Source of the DNA: a virus
Taxonomy: Duplodnaviria > Caudoviricetes
Strand: one strand, 5' to 3'
Length of the DNA: 39,747 nt
IMG/VR virus record: IMGVR_UViG_3300029822_000030
Location: 1 to 39,747 of that record
Both the position numbers and the translations under genes were made by a program. The number at the start of each line of letters is the position of its first letter. Position 1 is the first letter of the stretch. Below the pieces are notes generated by a model. The model was not told where the DNA came from. It made no database searches and saw nothing but the letters and a program-made list of their open reading frames with translations. This document shows positions 35,865 through 39,747 of the stretch, in pieces.

Positions 35865-37209
35865 ATTATGGAAACATCAAACAGAGGCTCTGGAGTACTT
35901 TAAACCCAGAAACTATGGGGCTTTATACACTAAGCCCGGCACGGGTAAAACTAGAATAATGATTGACCTCATAACTAAACGCAAATTCAAACTTACCTTG
36001 GTGGTTTGTCCGAAAAAAGTTTGCCGGGTGTGGCCTACTGAATTTAACAAGCACTACAGGCAAAATATTTACAAGATTTTAGACGTTTCGGGGCTATCTG
36101 GTGAACGTAAGGTTAGTGAGATAAAGAAAGCCATCAAATTGTACAAGGATTTCCATTTGATAATTGTGAATAATTACGACAGCGTGTGGCGGGAACCCCT
36201 CAGAAATTATCTACTCAAAGTCGGGTTGGATTGCGTTATATGCGATGAAAGTCATCGTATTAAGACCCCAGGAAGCAAGGTATCAAGATTCCTGACTTTA
36301 CTGGGTAAGAGGGTGCCAAACAGATTTTTGATGACTGGTACCCCTCTAGCCCAGTCTCCCTTGGATATTTATGCTCAGTATAGGTTCTTAAACCCAGAAA
36401 TATTCGGTACTAACTATGCTGTATTCAAAGAAAGGTATGCTAACTGGATACAAGTTCCCGGTGGATTCTCCATGCTCAATAAGAGCAATCCCTACAAGAA
36501 TCTTGATGAACTGCATGAGAAGATGTTTTCTTGCGCATTTATGCCTGAGGTACATCAAAATTTGCCCCTAGTACAGGATATTCCGTGGGAATTTGACTTA
36601 CCTAAGAAAACTGAGGAATATTACAGAGAATTGAGAAAGGAAGGGGTGTTGGAGCTAAAACAAGGCTTGGTAGATTCTGGTAACGTATTGGCTGTTATTT
36701 TACGGTTACAGCAACTCACTAGCGGTTATCTACCTACAGACGAAGGTGTTGTTAAGATAGATACAGCTAGAAAAGACGCTTTTAAGGAATTGATGAGCAG
36801 CTTGCCTGAAGAAGAGGCTCTGGTGGTATTTGCCAGATTTATCCCAGATATTCGCAATATAAGAAAGGCAGTCAGAGAGATGGGACGAAAGAGCTCAGAA
36901 ATCTCTGGTAGAAGAGACACATCAAGTAATTGGTATTCTGGTAAAACCAGCGTGTTGGTTGTACAAATTTCTGCTGGGTCTGAAGGAATAGACTTGACCA
37001 GGGCAAGGTACGGGATATACTACACAAAAACACACGCTTTGTGGCAATACCAACAAAGTAGAAAGAGGTTGCACCGCCCTGGTCAAGATAGGCCTACTAT
37101 CTTTTATCACATAACAGGTAAGCTCACTAAAGGCAAAACTATAGATGAACTAATAAACGACAGTCTGGCATCTAATCAAGAGTTGATTGAAAGCATACTT
37201 ACTTTGTAA
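35851..37209 (+). CDS. SNF2-like SF2 helicase
   Basis: PGTGKT, DESH, MTGTP, GSEGIDL and QSRKRLHRPGQ. Confidence 0.92.
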   Translation: MTMTKLWKHQTEALEYFKPRNYGALYTKPGTGKTRIMIDLITKRKFKLTLVVCPKKVCRVWPTEFNKHYRQNIYKILDVSGLSGERKVSEIKKAIKLYKDFHLIIVNNYDSVWREPLRNYLLKVGLDCVICDESHRIKTPGSKVSRFLTLLGKRVPNRFLMTGTPLAQSPLDIYAQYRFLNPEIFGTNYAVFKERYANWIQVPGGFSMLNKSNPYKNLDELHEKMFSCAFMPEVHQNLPLVQDIPWEFDLPKKTEEYYRELRKEGVLELKQGLVDSGNVLAVILRLQQLTSGYLPTDEGVVKIDTARKDAFKELMSSLPEEEALVVFARFIPDIRNIRKAVREMGRKSSEISGRRDTSSNWYSGKTSVLVVQISAGSEGIDLTRARYGIYYTKTHALWQYQQSRKRLHRPGQDRPTIFYHITGKLTKGKTIDELINDSLASNQELIESILTL

Positions 37210-37477
37210 TCTCAAATACAAATCTCTCAACTAAATTATCCATTTTTTGCCTATTAAGGAATGGGAATTTTTTGACCAACTGGGTCAATACCCATTCCTT
37301 TTTCTCTTTACCCTTGCCTTTTCCGAACACCATCTCAGCAGCAGCCACCAAAGTTACTACCTCTTCTTGTATGCTGTACTTGCGAATTAAGCCAACCAAG
37401 AAAAGTCCCAGGGCTATAAGCACCCCGTAAAACAGAGATTCCAACGCCAGTAATCCAATAGCTTCCATAATATCCAC
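37199..37477 (-). CDS. Holin-like protein (LL-H type)
   Basis: One N-terminal TM segment, then VAAAE...GKGKEKK. Follows the endolysin gene. Confidence 0.65.
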   Translation of the reverse strand: MDIMEAIGLLALESLFYGVLIALGLFLVGLIRKYSIQEEVVTLVAAAEMVFGKGKGKEKKEWVLTQLVKKFPFLNRQKMDNLVERFVFEITK

Positions 37478-37481
37478 CTCC

Positions 37482-38216
37482 CTACACTATTGTTGCGGTT
37501 CTAGTGTTCGCATCCCACCCAACCTGTCTGTCTATGGCAGCAGCAATCTCCTTAATTTGTACATAACCTGTGCCCTCGACAATCATGGCCGGTATCTTGT
37601 AAAAACCAAGTACAACTGAGTTAGTCCCAGCGTCCCACCCATAAGGAATGTTCAGAATGGTCAAAACTTCTCTGGCAGATACCATCGTCCGACCATTGTA
37701 AATGAAACCCTTTAGCACCTGGCCGCCTACAATAACATTGACCGGGGGGTAATTTGGGGTGGCGTTACCAGCGGCCACCATTTGTTTGATTTTCTCCATC
37801 GGGAACATGTATCCCGGGCAAGCTGAAGCTCCTACGTCGCGGTGCCCCTGGATGAGCAATACACCGTATATTCCAAACAGGTGCAATATAAGCTCCTTTA
37901 GAGCTTGCATTTGAGCGTCAGTAGGCACACTGTTCATGAAATTGCCTGCAAGACAAATCCCTATTCCGGTAGAGTTACCGAAGGAACCGCTATGTGAGCC
38001 TATTACGTTATGAGGCCTTCCTAATTCGATAAGACCGCTTGTTCTAATAACATATTGATAGCCTATCCCCATCCAGCCTCTACTAAGATGCCATTGGTGT
38101 ATAGTCGCAGCACTTACATCCCCATTGCTCGCCGCATGATGGATTACTATACGCTCCGTTTTTCTGCGCAGCGTAAACTTATTGGTGAATTTTAACCCAG
38201 GGTCTACTATCTGCAT
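37482..38216 (-). CDS. Endolysin: N-acetylmuramoyl-L-alanine amidase (Amidase_2) plus a C-terminal binding domain
   Basis: IVIHH, IGYQY, GHRD..ASACPG. C-terminal copper-amine-oxidase-N-like repeats (WDAGT/WDANT). Confidence 0.92.
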   Translation of the reverse strand: MQIVDPGLKFTNKFTLRRKTERIVIHHAASNGDVSAATIHQWHLSRGWMGIGYQYVIRTSGLIELGRPHNVIGSHSGSFGNSTGIGICLAGNFMNSVPTDAQMQALKELILHLFGIYGVLLIQGHRDVGASACPGYMFPMEKIKQMVAAGNATPNYPPVNVIVGGQVLKGFIYNGRTMVSAREVLTILNIPYGWDAGTNSVVLGFYKIPAMIVEGTGYVQIKEIAAAIDRQVGWDANTRTATIV

Positions 38217-38231
38217 GTTTAAAACTCCTTT

Positions 38232-38666
38232 CTAGTTGTCATTCTGATTGAGTTCTTCTTCGGATATTTCAGTCTTAGTTTCAGCAGGGTTGGCGTATCC
38301 AAACATTGAGCCAACGCTGCTCATCGCCCCCCCTAAAATAGGAGGTAATAAACCTACCATTCGCATCTGTTTACCTAAAAGGCTCGTTCCACCGGCAATA
38401 AACGCACCAGTTGACAACCAACCCAACCAAGGATTTTGCCACCAATGCCAGCCTAGTAAGGTAAATATATCGAAGTGTCCTTGCCAACATAGCATACCAG
38501 CAACCCCGACCAATAAAACATAAGTAACGCAATTTTCACTTTTGCCTGGTAGAAAGGCAAGGGCCTGTTTTAAGAATATAACCATGCGGTCCACCACTGG
38601 GGCAAGCATAATCATGGATAAGATTCCCAATAATACCTGTTCGCCTACTCCCATTACTCCATACAC
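38232..38666 (-). CDS. Membrane protein, holin-like
   Basis: About three TM segments, directly upstream of the endolysin gene. Confidence 0.6.
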   Translation of the reverse strand: MYGVMGVGEQVLLGILSMIMLAPVVDRMVIFLKQALAFLPGKSENCVTYVLLVGVAGMLCWQGHFDIFTLLGWHWWQNPWLGWLSTGAFIAGGTSLLGKQMRMVGLLPPILGGAMSSVGSMFGYANPAETKTEISEEELNQNDN

Positions 38667-38687
38667 TCACCTCACCTCACCCTGCTT

Positions 38688-38801
38688 CTAAAGTGTTGTG
38701 GTCCAAAACACAAATAAAATTAACCCTAACCAAAATGTTGGGTGTGTCACGATGACTCCCAATGTGTTCCAAACTGAGTCCAATGCAATTTTCAATTTCA
38801 T
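38688..38801 (-). CDS. Small membrane peptide (37 aa, MKLKIALDSVW...FWLGLILFVFWTTTL); not in the ORF track
   Basis: RBS AAGGTGA; fills the gap within the lysis cassette. Confidence 0.5.
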   Translation of the reverse strand: MKLKIALDSVWNTLGVIVTHPTFWLGLILFVFWTTTL

Positions 38802-38805
38802 ACAA

Positions 38806-39081
38806 TCACCTTGGCAGACTCTGTATGTACCAACACATGAATCCTCCAAGAAGTATGATTAATCCACCAGCCGTGCCTAATACTTTCCAAAATAAGTTTT
38901 GGGCGAATATCATCCAATTAGAAATGGTCTCTGCTAGTCTATCCAGCTTTTGGCATAGGGAAGTAATGCGCTCGCTCTGTGTGGCTTCACTAATTTCCAA
39001 TGCCATAATTCTCTTCGCATGATCGTTTAGTCGGTATTCAACTCTCTCCTCCCATTTTTCCATTTCCACGCCCCTCCCCAT
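38806..39081 (-). CDS. XhlA/hemolysin-like lysis protein
   Basis: RLNDHAKRI..LE coiled coil plus a C-terminal TM segment. Confidence 0.75.
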   Translation of the reverse strand: MGRGVEMEKWEERVEYRLNDHAKRIMALEISEATQSERITSLCQKLDRLAETISNWMIFAQNLFWKVLGTAGGLIILLGGFMCWYIQSLPR

Positions 39082-39122
39082 AAAAAATACCGCCCTGCGG
39101 CGTTGGGTAAAATCTATGCTGA

Positions 39123-39302
39123 TTATTCTTCCGGTTCCTCCGGCTCAACAGGCACTACTTCCCACACATTGCCAACACGCCTCTTGCCCAGCAGGGATTC
39201 ATCGTAGCCGCCTATTTCTACCAAATCACCCTGCTCAATCGTTCCCGATGTCTGGGTGACTGCATAGCAAATGCCGTCCATGTCTATCTGTGCGTAGTAC
39301 AT
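39123..39302 (-). CDS. Small tail-associated protein (59 aa, MYYAQID..GICYAV...SLLGKR); not in the ORF track
   Basis: RBS AGGAGG; read manually. Confidence 0.7.
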   Translation of the reverse strand: MYYAQIDMDGICYAVTQTSGTIEQGDLVEIGGYDESLLGKRRVGNVWEVVPVEPEEPEE

Positions 39303-39313
39303 TCTTCCACCTC

Positions 39314-39709
39314 CTAATAAAACTCTATAACTTCATAACTAACAGTTGCACCCGCGTCAGATGCTTCGCGAGTGGCACTGACTGTTGTTTCGTTTGTTAA
39401 TGCGAGCCTAACAAAGTGATGACCTGTTACGGGTGTACCTGCCTGGACTGCTGATTTCGAACTTGCCCCTACAAGATTAAGCATAGTTTTATTAACATTA
39501 ACCTCAGATATAGTGGCAGCGGCACTCAAACCAGACAGACCCAAAGTGCCACGCTGAATTGATTTTATCGCAGAGCCGTTTTTAACGATGTCTTTTTCGG
39601 CAATATACACCACTTTCGCATGCAAGCTACCCGTTGCGCTGGCTACATCTGTCCTCAGTCCGACCTGCCGCCGAATAAAACTCATAAGAGCCTCTGGTAA
39701 TCCAAACAC
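39314..39709 (-). CDS. Tail fibre-associated protein
   Basis: IKSIQRG...VNVNKTML...VSYEVIEFY motif. Continues the tail module across the junction. Confidence 0.65.
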   Translation of the reverse strand: MFGLPEALMSFIRRQVGLRTDVASATGSLHAKVVYIAEKDIVKNGSAIKSIQRGTLGLSGLSAAATISEVNVNKTMLNLVGASSKSAVQAGTPVTGHHFVRLALTNETTVSATREASDAGATVSYEVIEFY

Positions 39710-39745
39710 TACACACCACCCCCTACTAAATATTCCCCGACCCAG
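39648..39745. repeat. Terminal direct repeat, right copy (circular-assembly overlap)
   Basis: Identical to 1-98. Gene order runs continuously across the junction: the stop of 62..796 overlaps the GTG start of 39314..39709. Confidence 0.97.
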
Positions 39746-39747
39746 GT

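Overview
The window is an apparently complete, circularly closed genome of about 39.65 kb from a siphovirus-like tailed phage of a Bacillota (probably Clostridia) host. Positions 39648-39745 repeat 1-98. The minus strand carries an ArpU/RinA-like regulator, terminase, portal, head, tail and (across the junction) lysis genes. The plus strand carries early, recombination, replication and nucleotide-metabolism genes. I found no integrase, repressor or tRNA. Main highlights: (1) A DNA base-hypermodification system: an amino acid:DNA transferase-like (aGPT-Pplase2/ADDT) gene, a P-loop hydroxymethyl-pyrimidine DNA kinase-like gene, a Cys-rich DUF2284-like gene, dCMP deaminase, a MazG-like dNTPase, a dNMP kinase and a thymidylate-synthase homologue. 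The synthase has the cytosine-specifying Asp (GFPYD180), not Asn, which hints at cytosine-based or rerouted hypermodification. (2) An early operon opened by a ~260-nt unassigned structured RNA and punctuated by two hammerhead ribozymes and a probable twister ribozyme. (3) A small protein built from the N-terminal domain of the neighbouring MoxR ATPase and the C-terminal module of the SSB. (4) A minor capsid protein with an ART-like C-terminal extension followed by a hidden 57-aa ORF. All family assignments come from motif recognition by eye, not from database searches.
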